A stretch of DNA of 60,261 nucleotides from Fibrobacteria bacterium. Its GTDB lineage: Bacteria; Fibrobacterota; Fibrobacteria; UBA5070. Positions 26,785-35,680 of the stretch are shown one piece after another. The stretch's first letter is position 1. Each line of letters opens with the position of its first letter. Location of the stretch: contig DATNIW010000104.1 of the NCBI GenBank assembly GCA_035604215.1, positions 1 through 60,261 of the forward strand, given 5' to 3'. Below the pieces are notes generated by a model, which did not search any database, was not told the DNA's origin, and saw only the letters and a program-made list of their open reading frames with translations. Both the position numbers and the translations under genes were made by a program.

Positions 26785-28262
26785 GCGTCGGCCACGGGTT
26801 CCACCAGGAATTCGGTGCCTCGACGCCCGGTGATGCGGACACGGGTTCCCGCCACCAGCATCCCGGTGATGGAGATGGCCGGGAATTCCCGACCGTCGAT
26901 GTCGATGCTGCCCACCGGTCGAAGGACGGAACGGACCGTCGCGAGGCTGCCGGTCAGGGCGTCGGGAGGTGGGGAGATGTCCGCTGGCATGTCGGCCAGG
27001 GTGGCCTTCAGGTAGGGGCCCTCGTGCAGGGGAAGCAAAGGAACCAGCCATCGCACCGCCGCGATGCTCAGCACACCTGCGCCAAGCGCGCTGGCGAGGA
27101 CCGTGATCAGGCTGTGGCGCATCTGGATGGCCTGCCAAGGGAGTTTGGGGTCGGGGAGAGCGAACCCCTGCAGGGAAAACACCAGCGCCACCAGCAGGCA
27201 ACCCAGTCCCGCGAAGGCCAGGACCACGGTTCCGGGAAAGAGCAGGATCTCCACCGCCACCAGCAGGACGCCGATGCCGGCCAGCACCAGCGCCGTGTAG
27301 GAGGCCATCCCGAGCAGGAATTGGGAACCCAGGGCCAGGGCCAGGAAGAGGGCGCCCGCGACCCCGAAGATCGCGGTGCCCGGCATCTTGTACTCCAGGT
27401 AGAGCCCGGCGAGACCCAAGACCAGGAAGATGCCCACGTAGTTGGAGAGCCATCGAAGCGAGGACTCGCTCCAGGTGGGATCCAGTCGCTTGGCCTCGCT
27501 CCACCCCAGGGCCTTTTCCATGGCGGGAAGGTCGGCGTAGGTCCCGCCCGAGAATCCCCATTTGGCCGCTTCCTGGTCGTCGAAGGTCAGGAGCTGACCT
27601 TCCGGCACCACCGTGACGGGGTCGTGGTAGCGGGCGCGGGCGGAATCGTCCAGGCCTTCCCACGACTGCTCGGTGAACCAGGCGAGGTTTCCGTCCCGGT
27701 CCTTGGCGCAGAGGGCGGACAGGTCCTTGGACACCATCTTCTCGGCGAGTTCGGCGGGCAGGTGGGAGCGTCTCGCCAAGGCTCGGAAACGCGCCCTGAG
27801 GGGGCTTTCGACCTTCTCGCCCACGAAGATCGGGCCGGTTTCCGACTGCACGATGGGAGCGCAGTCGCCGATGGTGGCGCCCGGGGCCATGTACACCCGC
27901 TGGGTGGAGAGCGCGATGAGGGCGCCGGCCGAAATGGCCTTTCGGGCCACGAAGGCGGCCGTGGAACAGGTCTTGATGGAGGTGATGGCGTCCGAGATCT
28001 CGAAGGCGGCGTCGAGTTGTCCGCCCCAGGTGTCGATGTCGAACACCACCATGTCCGGGTGCGCGGCCACCGCGTCCGCGATGGCCCGTTTCACGAAGTG
28101 TTCCAGGCCTCCGTCGATCTCGCCGTGGATGGGCACCACCTGGATGGTCCGGATCCCCGGGAGCGGACCCGCAGGAGGGGCCGAAGCGGCGGAGACGGAG
28201 GTGCCGCCCCATCCGAGGGCTGCGGCGAGGAGGAACGGCTGGACGACGGCACGGTGGTTCAC
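26781..28262 (-). CDS. nfeD: Long NfeD (ClpP-class serine protease + TM + OB fold)
   Basis: IHGEIDGG, IDTWGG, AISAGALIAL (Ser), GEKVES (Lys), EYKMPG..FG, LRPVGSI.IDG; GTG start 28262. Confidence 0.9.
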   Translation of the reverse strand: MNHRAVVQPFLLAAALGWGGTSVSAASAPPAGPLPGIRTIQVVPIHGEIDGGLEHFVKRAIADAVAAHPDMVVFDIDTWGGQLDAAFEISDAITSIKTCSTAAFVARKAISAGALIALSTQRVYMAPGATIGDCAPIVQSETGPIFVGEKVESPLRARFRALARRSHLPAELAEKMVSKDLSALCAKDRDGNLAWFTEQSWEGLDDSARARYHDPVTVVPEGQLLTFDDQEAAKWGFSGGTYADLPAMEKALGWSEAKRLDPTWSESSLRWLSNYVGIFLVLGLAGLYLEYKMPGTAIFGVAGALFLALALGSQFLLGMASYTALVLAGIGVLLVAVEILLFPGTVVLAFAGLGCLLVALVFSLQGFALPDPKLPWQAIQMRHSLITVLASALGAGVLSIAAVRWLVPLLPLHEGPYLKATLADMPADISPPPDALTGSLATVRSVLRPVGSIDIDGREFPAISITGMLVAGTRVRITGRRGTEFLVEPVADA

Positions 28263-28311
28263 GCCCTGGAAGATACCTCCGCGAAGGGGACCCGGGCCCT
28301 GGGGATCTCCG

Positions 28312-28977
28312 TCAACCGGCGAACGGCAGGACCCCCACCAGGATGGACAGGAAATGGCAAACGCTCCCGCCCAGCACGAACAGGTGCCACACCGCGTGGC
28401 CGAAGGCGAGCCTCTTGTCCAACACGTAGAACGCCGCCCCGAGGGAATAGGCGAGACCCCCGGAAAGCAGCAGGACCATCCCCGCCGGAGGGAGCGCGGC
28501 GGCCAGCGGACGGACCACCGCGAGCATGGTCCAGCCCATGGCCAGATAGAGCAGGGTGGACAGGATCTTGAACCGACCGGTGAAGAACGCGTCGGCCACC
28601 ATCCCCGCTCCGGCAAGCCCCCAGACGATTCCCAACACCGTCCAGCCCAGCGGGCCGCGCAGATTGACCAGCATGAAGGGGGTGTAGGTCCCGGCGATCA
28701 GCAGGTGGATCGACATGTGGTCCAGGATGCGCAGGATCTTCCGGACCCCGGGCCGGTGGGCGGCATGGTAGAGGGAGGACGCCGCGTAGAGGAGGACCAG
28801 GCAGGTCCCGAAGATGCTGACGGACACGATCTTCCAGGGATCGCCGCCGCGGCTGGCCAACACCACCAGGACCGCCGTCCCCGCGACGCCCATTCCCGTC
28901 CCGGCGGCGTGGCTGAGGCTGTTGGCCATGTCCTCCAGGTCCAGCAGGGCGGAGGATTTCGCGACTCGTGCCTCCAT
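28312..28977 (-). CDS. Hemolysin III/PAQR (TrhA-like) membrane protein
   Basis: ANSLSH, SSLYH, LDHMSIHLLIAGTYTP, YLAMGW, HAVWHLFVLGG. Confidence 0.95.
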   Translation of the reverse strand: MEARVAKSSALLDLEDMANSLSHAAGTGMGVAGTAVLVVLASRGGDPWKIVSVSIFGTCLVLLYAASSLYHAAHRPGVRKILRILDHMSIHLLIAGTYTPFMLVNLRGPLGWTVLGIVWGLAGAGMVADAFFTGRFKILSTLLYLAMGWTMLAVVRPLAAALPPAGMVLLLSGGLAYSLGAAFYVLDKRLAFGHAVWHLFVLGGSVCHFLSILVGVLPFAG

Positions 28978-29030
28978 GGAAGGAATCAACCTTCCCGAAG
29001 GCGTCGGGGGAAGTAAAAGTTTGTCACATC

Positions 29031-29810
29031 TCAGTGCAGGGCCCAGACCAGGAGCCCGATCCCCAGCGCGAGCCTGTACCACGCGAAGGGGATGAAGCTC
29101 CTGGAGCGCACGTAGCCCAACAGCCACTGGACCACGAAGAAGGCGACCACCGTGGCCACCGCGAAGGCCGCCAGCGAATCCGGTGCAACCAATTCCTGTC
29201 CAGCACCCTGGCGGACCGCCTTGAACAGCTGGTAGCCGCCGGCCGCGAACATGGTCGGGATGCCCAGGAGGAAGGAAAATTCCACCGAGGACGAGCGCGA
29301 GACCCCGATCAGGAGCCCCGCCATCACGCAGGCCCCGGATCGGGAAGTCCCGGGAAAGGCGGCGGCCAGGAGCTGGGCCGCGGCCATCACCAGGGCGAGA
29401 TCCCATGAGAAGCCGCGGGAAGGGCGGTCGCGGATCGCGCGGCGCTCCACCAGCAGGATGACGGGCACGCCCACCAGGGTCGCGATGGCCACCGGCAGGA
29501 CGGATTCGGGAAGCTTGAGGCCCATCTTCTCCAGGGCCAGTCCTCCGATCCCGGTGATCACGAAGGACAGGAGGATCTGGAAAACCTCGGCGCGCACGGC
29601 GGGATCCCAGAACTTCAGCGCCCAATTGGCCAGCCGATGGCGGAACACCAGTGCGGAAGCCAGGATGGGCCCCACCTGCACAAGGACGTTGAAGGCGTCG
29701 CTTCGCTGGTCGTTCAGCAATTTCTCCGCGATCAGAAGGTGGCCTGTGGAAGAAACGGGGAGAAATTCGGTGGCGCCTTCCACGACGCCCAGTATGATGC
29801 TGTTGAGCAT
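29031..29810 (-). CDS. uppP: Undecaprenyl-diphosphate phosphatase
   Basis: GVVEGATEFLPVSSTGHL, PGTSRSG, EFSFLLGIP, FAWYR. Confidence 0.97.
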   Translation of the reverse strand: MLNSIILGVVEGATEFLPVSSTGHLLIAEKLLNDQRSDAFNVLVQVGPILASALVFRHRLANWALKFWDPAVRAEVFQILLSFVITGIGGLALEKMGLKLPESVLPVAIATLVGVPVILLVERRAIRDRPSRGFSWDLALVMAAAQLLAAAFPGTSRSGACVMAGLLIGVSRSSSVEFSFLLGIPTMFAAGGYQLFKAVRQGAGQELVAPDSLAAFAVATVVAFFVVQWLLGYVRSRSFIPFAWYRLALGIGLLVWALH

Positions 29811-29837
29811 GGACCCGGGAAGATAGGTTTCCCGGTC

Positions 29838-30755
29838 ATGGTACGGATCCTGGTCCTGGGCGCGAACCCCGCCTGGCAGAAGAACGCCACCTGCACCGGG
29901 TTGCGCACAGGTTCCGTGGTCCGGATGCGGACCGCCGAAGGGGGGGCGGCCGGCAAGGGCTTTAATTGCGCCTTGGCATTGGGCAGGTTGGGAAGACCCG
30001 CCGTCCTGATCTCCGGCATCGGCACGGACGGAGACGCCTGGGAACAGGCCTGCCGCGAGGAAGGGATCGCCTTGCGGGGATTCCCCCTCTCGGGGCCCGT
30101 CCGCCGCGCCACCACGCTCCGTGACCTGGAGACGGAGGAAGTCACGGAGCTCGTGGAGGAGGGGCCACCGGCGGCCGAAGGTGCCCAACGCGCGGTGGAA
30201 GAGGCGCTGGGCTCCGATCGTTCGGCTTCCGTCTGCTGCTGCGGCACCCTGGCGCAAGGCCTGGATGCCGACCGGATTCTCGCGTCGCTCTCTGCTTGGA
30301 CGGAAAACGTCATCATCGATTCCGTTCCTCTCGTGCGCGCCGCCATCTCGGGAGGCGCGGTCCCCGAACGGCTCGTCCTCAAGCTCAGCGGAGCGGAGTG
30401 GACGGACCTTTGCGGTCCCGATCCGGAATCCTCCCTGGCGATGGTCCGGGCCGTCCTGCCTCGCGCCTTCCTGGTGGCCACGGTCGGGTCGCGCGGTTCC
30501 CTGGCGGTCCCGCCCGACGGTCCCCTCTTCCGGGTGCCGGCACCGGCCATCGCCGCGGATGTCCGCGTGCATCCCATCGGGGCGGGCGATGCCTATACCG
30601 CGGGCATGGCGGCGGCCCTGGCCGGTGGGCTGGAATTCCCGGATGCCTGCCGGTGGGGCGCGGCGGCGGCGCGGGCGTCCTGCCTGGATCCGCTGCCCTC
30701 GCGGTTTTCCCGCCGGGATTTCGAGGAATCCCTGAAGCTGGTGCAGGATGCCTGA
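29838..30755 (+). CDS. PfkB-family carbohydrate kinase (1-phosphofructokinase-like)
   Basis: LGANPA, EGGAAGKGFN, PIGAGDAYTAG anion-hole motif. Confidence 0.88.
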   Translation: MVRILVLGANPAWQKNATCTGLRTGSVVRMRTAEGGAAGKGFNCALALGRLGRPAVLISGIGTDGDAWEQACREEGIALRGFPLSGPVRRATTLRDLETEEVTELVEEGPPAAEGAQRAVEEALGSDRSASVCCCGTLAQGLDADRILASLSAWTENVIIDSVPLVRAAISGGAVPERLVLKLSGAEWTDLCGPDPESSLAMVRAVLPRAFLVATVGSRGSLAVPPDGPLFRVPAPAIAADVRVHPIGAGDAYTAGMAAALAGGLEFPDACRWGAAAARASCLDPLPSRFSRRDFEESLKLVQDA

Positions 30756-31368
30756 AGGCGTGCTCCAGCCGGTCGGCCGGGTGCTCTGGGTGGCGGCCAC
30801 CCGGGCCGAGCTCGCGGGGCTTCCCGAGTCGGCATGGTCCGTGACCACGGGTTGCGGCCCGGCGGCGGCGGCGGCCGGTCTGGCCCTGGCCCTGGCGGCG
30901 GGACGACCGGACCGGATCGTGGGCGTGGGGATCGCCGGTGCCTATCCATCGTCGCCATTCCGGCCTCCCCAGGTGGTGCGGGTGGACGAGGACGCCTTCG
31001 CGGACCTGGGTGCGGAAAGCCCGTCCGGATTCCTCGACCTCTGGTCCTTGGGCGTCCCCGACCCCGGAGTCGAGAAACGTTATCTGTCCGAGGTCCCCGC
31101 CTTCCTGTCCCACCTGCCCGGCGCCCGCGGCGCCACCTGTTCCACCTGCACCGGAACCCTCGCCACGCAGCGCCTGCGCGAATCCACGGGGGCGCAGATC
31201 GAGACCATGGAGGGTGCGGCCTGGGCCCTGGTCGCGAGCCGCTGTTCCATCCCCTTCCACCAGGTCCGGGCGATCTCCAACGCGGCCGGGCCCAGGGATC
31301 GCGGTGGGTGGAGGATCCCCGAAGCCCTGTCCGCCTTGTCCACCTTCCTGGGGAGTCTCCCGAAATGA
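30748..31368 (+). CDS. mqnB: Futalosine hydrolase
   Basis: GCGPAAAA, GIAGAY, FADLG, ETMEGAA, RAISN..GPRDR..W.I..AL; next to mqnD. Confidence 0.88.
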   Translation: MPEGVLQPVGRVLWVAATRAELAGLPESAWSVTTGCGPAAAAAGLALALAAGRPDRIVGVGIAGAYPSSPFRPPQVVRVDEDAFADLGAESPSGFLDLWSLGVPDPGVEKRYLSEVPAFLSHLPGARGATCSTCTGTLATQRLRESTGAQIETMEGAAWALVASRCSIPFHQVRAISNAAGPRDRGGWRIPEALSALSTFLGSLPK

Positions 31369-32213
31369 ACTTCCGCCTGGCCATCAGTCCCTGTCCCAAC
31401 GACACCTTCCTCTTCGAGGGTCTGGTGGGAGAACTGGGCACCGGCGGCGGTTCCGTGCAATACCTGGACATCGCCGAGCTCAACGCACTGAGCGCGAGCC
31501 CGGATCCTCCGGACGTGATCAAGGTTTCCTGCGCGAGCGTCCCGCTCTTCCTTCCGCGCTTCCGGATCCTCCGCTGCGGGGGCGCCTTCGCGGACGCCGT
31601 GGGTCCGCTGGTCCTTGCGCTTCCCAGTCCCGGCGGGGAGGGCGTCGTCCTTCCGGGGTGGCGCACGAGCGCGCACATCCTGTGGCGCCTGTGGTGCGAA
31701 CGCACCGGTCTCGAAGTGCCGCGCGAGGAATTCGAAAGGTTCGACCGGATTCCCTCCGCGGTCGCCTCGGGACGTTTCCGGCGCGGAGTGGTGATCCACG
31801 AATCCCGGTTCACCTACCGCGAACTGGGCCTGGTGGAGGAAGTGGATCTGGGCGCGTTCTGGGAACAAGAAACCCGGACCCCCGTCCCGTTGGGGTGTCT
31901 GGTGGTCCGGGCCGACCGCGGCGAAGCCTTCGCCCGCGAGGTGGCACGGTTCATCGTCGCCTGGGCGGGAAAGGCCATGGAGCGGGAGGATCCCGTCACC
32001 CCCTTCGTCTCCTCGCTCGCCTCCGAGATGGAGCCCTCGGTGCAGAGGATGCATATCCGGACCTACGCCACCCGCCGGTCCATCGACTGCGGGGATGGGG
32101 GACTGGAGGCGATGGGGAACCTCTGGGAAATCGCCGAAGGCATCTCCCCCTGGCAGGTCGGGAAAAGCGAACGCGACAAGGCGTTGAAGGACGCCGTCGG
32201 AGGTCTGGCTTGA
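31365..32213 (+). CDS. mqnD: 1,4-dihydroxy-6-naphthoate synthase
   Basis: ISPCPNDTF, DIAELN, KVS, VIHESRFTY, DLG.FWE..T..PVPLG, HIRTY; ATGA overlap. Confidence 0.92.
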   Translation: MNFRLAISPCPNDTFLFEGLVGELGTGGGSVQYLDIAELNALSASPDPPDVIKVSCASVPLFLPRFRILRCGGAFADAVGPLVLALPSPGGEGVVLPGWRTSAHILWRLWCERTGLEVPREEFERFDRIPSAVASGRFRRGVVIHESRFTYRELGLVEEVDLGAFWEQETRTPVPLGCLVVRADRGEAFAREVARFIVAWAGKAMEREDPVTPFVSSLASEMEPSVQRMHIRTYATRRSIDCGDGGLEAMGNLWEIAEGISPWQVGKSERDKALKDAVGGLA

Positions 32214-33139
32214 AACGGACCTGGTCCCTGTTGTTCGCCGTTCCAGCGCTGGTCTTCTCCGGTCCGCCCTTGTCCGAGGTGGATCCGGTCGCGGTGCGAA
32301 CCCTTCCGACCTGCCTTTCCATCAGCCCCTTCCGCGCGATTCCCGCTCTCGGGCGCGGGCCCTCCGGTCCGGAAGACCTGCGGGACCAGGTTCTGGAGGC
32401 CTTGAACCGCGGAGGTGATTCTTCCTGGATCGCCCGCTCGGCGGGGTCCTGTCCGGAATCCATGGCCGTGCTGGACATCTTCCAGGCGGCCTCCGACGTC
32501 GTCGCCGCCCCCGAGGGTCCCACCTTGCGCTTCCGGCTCGAATGGCGCCACCAACCCGGGCAGACGGAATTCTTTCTTCCCTGCCCGAACCGCATAGCGC
32601 CTCCGGTGGACTCCATCGCCCAGCAACTGCGCGCCGTGGCGCGGCAGATGTCGGCGCAGGTCTCGGTGCGATCCACCCCCGAAGGCATCCCGTTTCGGGT
32701 GGAGGGGTGGTCGGGATCCGATCTGGATCTGGTGACGCCCTTGGTCCTGAAGACGCCCCCGGGTGCATTCTCCGTGGAATTCAGCCGAGGGGGATTGGTC
32801 CGGCGAGTGGACACGGTCGTGTCCACCGGTGGTCTCTACGAGATCGACGCGGATTTCCGGACCTCGCGCATCGACCCCAAGGTGGTCGGGTCGATGCGCA
32901 GGACCTGGCCCTGGTGGGGCGCCACGGCGGTTGCCGCCGCCACCACGATCTTCTTCGAATGGAGACAGACGCAGGCCCAGAGCGCCTATTCCGCTTTGGG
33001 TCCTGGAGATCCTCCCGGTCGCTTTTCGGCCAGATGGAGCGATCTCCGCGAAGCGAACCTCCTGCGCAACGGATTCCTCGGCCTTACCTTGGTTCTGGGA
33101 ACGGGATCGGCTTGGCTGGAATGGGGCCGAAGTCGTTGA
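32210..33139 (+). CDS. Exported PEGA-like domain protein with C-terminal hydrophobic/membrane segments
   Basis: TTG start after GGAGG; signal peptide; VSVRSTPEG..F.V.G...TPL PEGA pattern; WPWWGATAV and terminal hydrophobic stretch. Confidence 0.6.
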   Translation: MKRTWSLLFAVPALVFSGPPLSEVDPVAVRTLPTCLSISPFRAIPALGRGPSGPEDLRDQVLEALNRGGDSSWIARSAGSCPESMAVLDIFQAASDVVAAPEGPTLRFRLEWRHQPGQTEFFLPCPNRIAPPVDSIAQQLRAVARQMSAQVSVRSTPEGIPFRVEGWSGSDLDLVTPLVLKTPPGAFSVEFSRGGLVRRVDTVVSTGGLYEIDADFRTSRIDPKVVGSMRRTWPWWGATAVAAATTIFFEWRQTQAQSAYSALGPGDPPGRFSARWSDLREANLLRNGFLGLTLVLGTGSAWLEWGRSR

Positions 33140-33197
33140 CGGGGAAGTCGTTTTCGGTTTCCTTGGGTGGAACGTCCATTCACTTTCCGCAGGCGCG

Positions 33198-33800
33198 ATG
33201 AACCCAACAGTCCAGCACGGCGACACAACCGGCATGACGGCCAGCGACGAAGATCTCGCCGCGAAGGCCGCTGCGGGGGATGATCGTGCCTTCCTGGAAC
33301 TCTACAGACGCCATCGACGCTATGTCCTCACCTTGGTGGTGCGCACATCCGGCCGTCCCGAGGACGCCGAAGATCTCCTCCAGGAATGCTTCTACCAGCT
33401 CCACAGGAGCCTGGCGTCCTTTTCCAGACGGGCCGCTTTCCGCACCTGGTTCCACGGGATCGTCGTCCGGGTCTGCCACAGCGCGACCCGCAATCGCCTG
33501 GCGCAGCGTCGGCGGGGCGACGCGGACGCCGAACACATGGACGAGGAACGCCTGGAAACCGAGGCCGGCGGCGATGGCCGCGACCTGGCCCGCCAGCACG
33601 CCCTCCGCGACTGGATCCAGGGTTGCCTGGACAAGATGCCCCTCCTCCATCGGCTTCCGCTGGTCCTGCACCTGTACTCCGGCCTGGAACTGGCGGACAT
33701 CGCTCGGATCCTCGCCATCCCGGAGGGCTCCGTGAAGTCGCGGCTCTTCCACGCCCGCAAGCGCATGGCGCTTTGCCTTCGCGATCGCGAGGAGGATTGA
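33198..33800 (+). CDS. ECF sigma-70 factor
   Basis: SDEDL...GD..AFLELY, DAEDLLQECF, FRTWF..I, DIARILAIPEGSVKSRLFHARK; start 33198 or 33234. Confidence 0.95.
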   Translation: MNPTVQHGDTTGMTASDEDLAAKAAAGDDRAFLELYRRHRRYVLTLVVRTSGRPEDAEDLLQECFYQLHRSLASFSRRAAFRTWFHGIVVRVCHSATRNRLAQRRRGDADAEHMDEERLETEAGGDGRDLARQHALRDWIQGCLDKMPLLHRLPLVLHLYSGLELADIARILAIPEGSVKSRLFHARKRMALCLRDREED

Positions 33801-34975
33801 TGTCCACCCACCGCGATTGGGAGCGCACGCTCAAGGAAACATCCTTCGATCTTCCCGAGGATCGTTGGCTGCGCCTGGAAAACGACATGCGCGGCTGGCT
33901 CGCCGGAGAGGCCCGGGTCGCGAAGGCACCGCGCCCCGGATGGGAGCGTTTCCTGGAAGGTTTCCGCGGATGGCACCTGGGATTGGCGGGTGCGGCCGCC
34001 GCTTGCGCCATCGGCTTGGGTGCCTGGATCTGGGCCGCGGCTCCCTCCCGGGAAGATCGCCTGTCCTGGTCCACCGGCCAGGTCCTGGACACCCGGGGCA
34101 GGGCGGATTGGAACTGGGTGGACGAGAGTTGCCGCATCGAGGCGAACGACGCGCGGCTGCTCTTGTCCTACCGCACCGACAGCTCGGTGGGGATCCGGAT
34201 CGAGCGCGGAGAAGCCACCTTCCATGTGCGGCACCGCCGCCCCGGCGACTCGTTCGCGGTGGAAGTGGGGGACTGCAAGGTCCATGTGGTCGGGACCGTG
34301 TTCACCGTGGGAGTGGATTCCCTGAAACCCTGGGTGGCCGTCCAGGAAGGCAGGATCCGGCTGGAGGGTTCCCGCGACCAGCGGTTCGTGGGCGCCGGTC
34401 GGAAATCGACTTGCAGCGATGGCGGTTTCGCGGAGACGTCCCGGGACCCCCAGGCGGCGGTGCCGTCGGGAAAGCCGGATGCAGCGGCGGTTGGGCGACC
34501 CCTGGTTCCCGCCGTTTCGGCCCAGCCGGCCGCCACGCCGAGCGCGATCGATTCGGTGGCCGTGCCTTCCTGCCAGGAGGGGTCGAACTGCGTGAGGACC
34601 CTGTCCGAATTCGTCTATCGCCACCCCAAGCATCCGGCCACTGCCAGTGTCGCCATGCGGTGGGCGCGACTGGCGGCCAGGGAAGGCGACGCCCGGGATG
34701 CGCTCGTGGCCTACGGCTTCGCTTCCGCTTCGCCCGCCCTGGCCGATCCATCCCGATTGGAATCGCTTCGCTTGCGCGCCGAGGGCCTGTCGCAGGAAAA
34801 AGCCGTCGCCGATTCCCTGGATGGATGGATTCCTCGTCTCGCCGAAGGCTCCGCCACCTGGCACGCCGCCTGGATGCTCCGGGAGGAGGTCGCTCGACGC
34901 CTGGGAGACGCGGGTTCGATGGCCAAGGCGCGAAAGGCCTTGCACGAACCGGTCACGGCCGAAAGCGGACCGTGA
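33800..34975 (+). CDS. FecR-domain anti-sigma factor with C-terminal TPR-like region
   Basis: Single TM (WHLGLAGAAAACAIGLGAWIW), ERGEATFHV, VHVVGTVF, VAVQEGRI; coupled to sigma via TGATG. Confidence 0.88.
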   Translation: MSTHRDWERTLKETSFDLPEDRWLRLENDMRGWLAGEARVAKAPRPGWERFLEGFRGWHLGLAGAAAACAIGLGAWIWAAAPSREDRLSWSTGQVLDTRGRADWNWVDESCRIEANDARLLLSYRTDSSVGIRIERGEATFHVRHRRPGDSFAVEVGDCKVHVVGTVFTVGVDSLKPWVAVQEGRIRLEGSRDQRFVGAGRKSTCSDGGFAETSRDPQAAVPSGKPDAAAVGRPLVPAVSAQPAATPSAIDSVAVPSCQEGSNCVRTLSEFVYRHPKHPATASVAMRWARLAAREGDARDALVAYGFASASPALADPSRLESLRLRAEGLSQEKAVADSLDGWIPRLAEGSATWHAAWMLREEVARRLGDAGSMAKARKALHEPVTAESGP

Positions 34976-34994
34976 ACCCGGTTCCGGGGCGGGG

Positions 34995-35627
34995 ATGAAG
35001 ACCTGGGGATTGCTGCTCGTGGCGTGCCTATGGGGGTGCGCCGAGAGGGACAACCCCTACGACCCGGCGAACCTGGTGTCCCGAGCCGTGGACACGGCGG
35101 CCAAACTGCCCGTCCCGGGGGAGGGAATCCGCGTCGTGCTTCCGGATTCGGCCGGAAGGGCCTCGGCCTACTACGGCAACATCCAATCGGCCCTGGCCGA
35201 CCTGAACCCCGGCGACACCCTCTGGGTGCAGGGTGGGATCACCTATCCCACCATGGGGCTGAACCTGTCCCATGGCGGAGCGCGACTTCTGCCGGTGGTG
35301 ATCCGATCCTTCGGGGGGGAGGCGCGGATCCTGGCGCGATCCACCGTGCCCAACTGCCTGATCATCAGCCAGGGTTGGGCGAAGATCACGGGTTTCGCCT
35401 TCGTGGGGGCCACCGGCCCCGCCGTGCGCACCGTCGGAGACAGCACGATCACGGGAGATGTCTGGATCGATTCATCCCGCATCGACAGCAGCTACACCGC
35501 ACTGGACCTCCGCAACCTCGCGGGTACGGCGCATCTCCTGGACCTTTCGATGACCGCGGATTCCCTGGTGCCGCCGGTCTATTTCCAGAACGTCTCCGCA
35601 TTGGACACTTCCCAGATTCGCTGGTGA
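34995..35627 (+). CDS. Lipoprotein with parallel beta-helix-like domain
   Basis: MKTWGLLLVACLWGC lipobox, ERDNPYDP motif, NIQSALADLNPGDTLWVQGG pectin-lyase-like cap. Confidence 0.7.
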   Translation: MKTWGLLLVACLWGCAERDNPYDPANLVSRAVDTAAKLPVPGEGIRVVLPDSAGRASAYYGNIQSALADLNPGDTLWVQGGITYPTMGLNLSHGGARLLPVVIRSFGGEARILARSTVPNCLIISQGWAKITGFAFVGATGPAVRTVGDSTITGDVWIDSSRIDSSYTALDLRNLAGTAHLLDLSMTADSLVPPVYFQNVSALDTSQIRW

Positions 35628-35680
35628 GGCAGGTTTCCGTGCGGAGCCGTACCGCCTCGCTTGTAACTTTGCCAGCCTCC

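Noticed and set aside
28312-28977. Hemolysin or virulence toxin
   Set aside because: Hemolysin III/PAQR proteins are widespread membrane homeostasis proteins; there is no toxin context.
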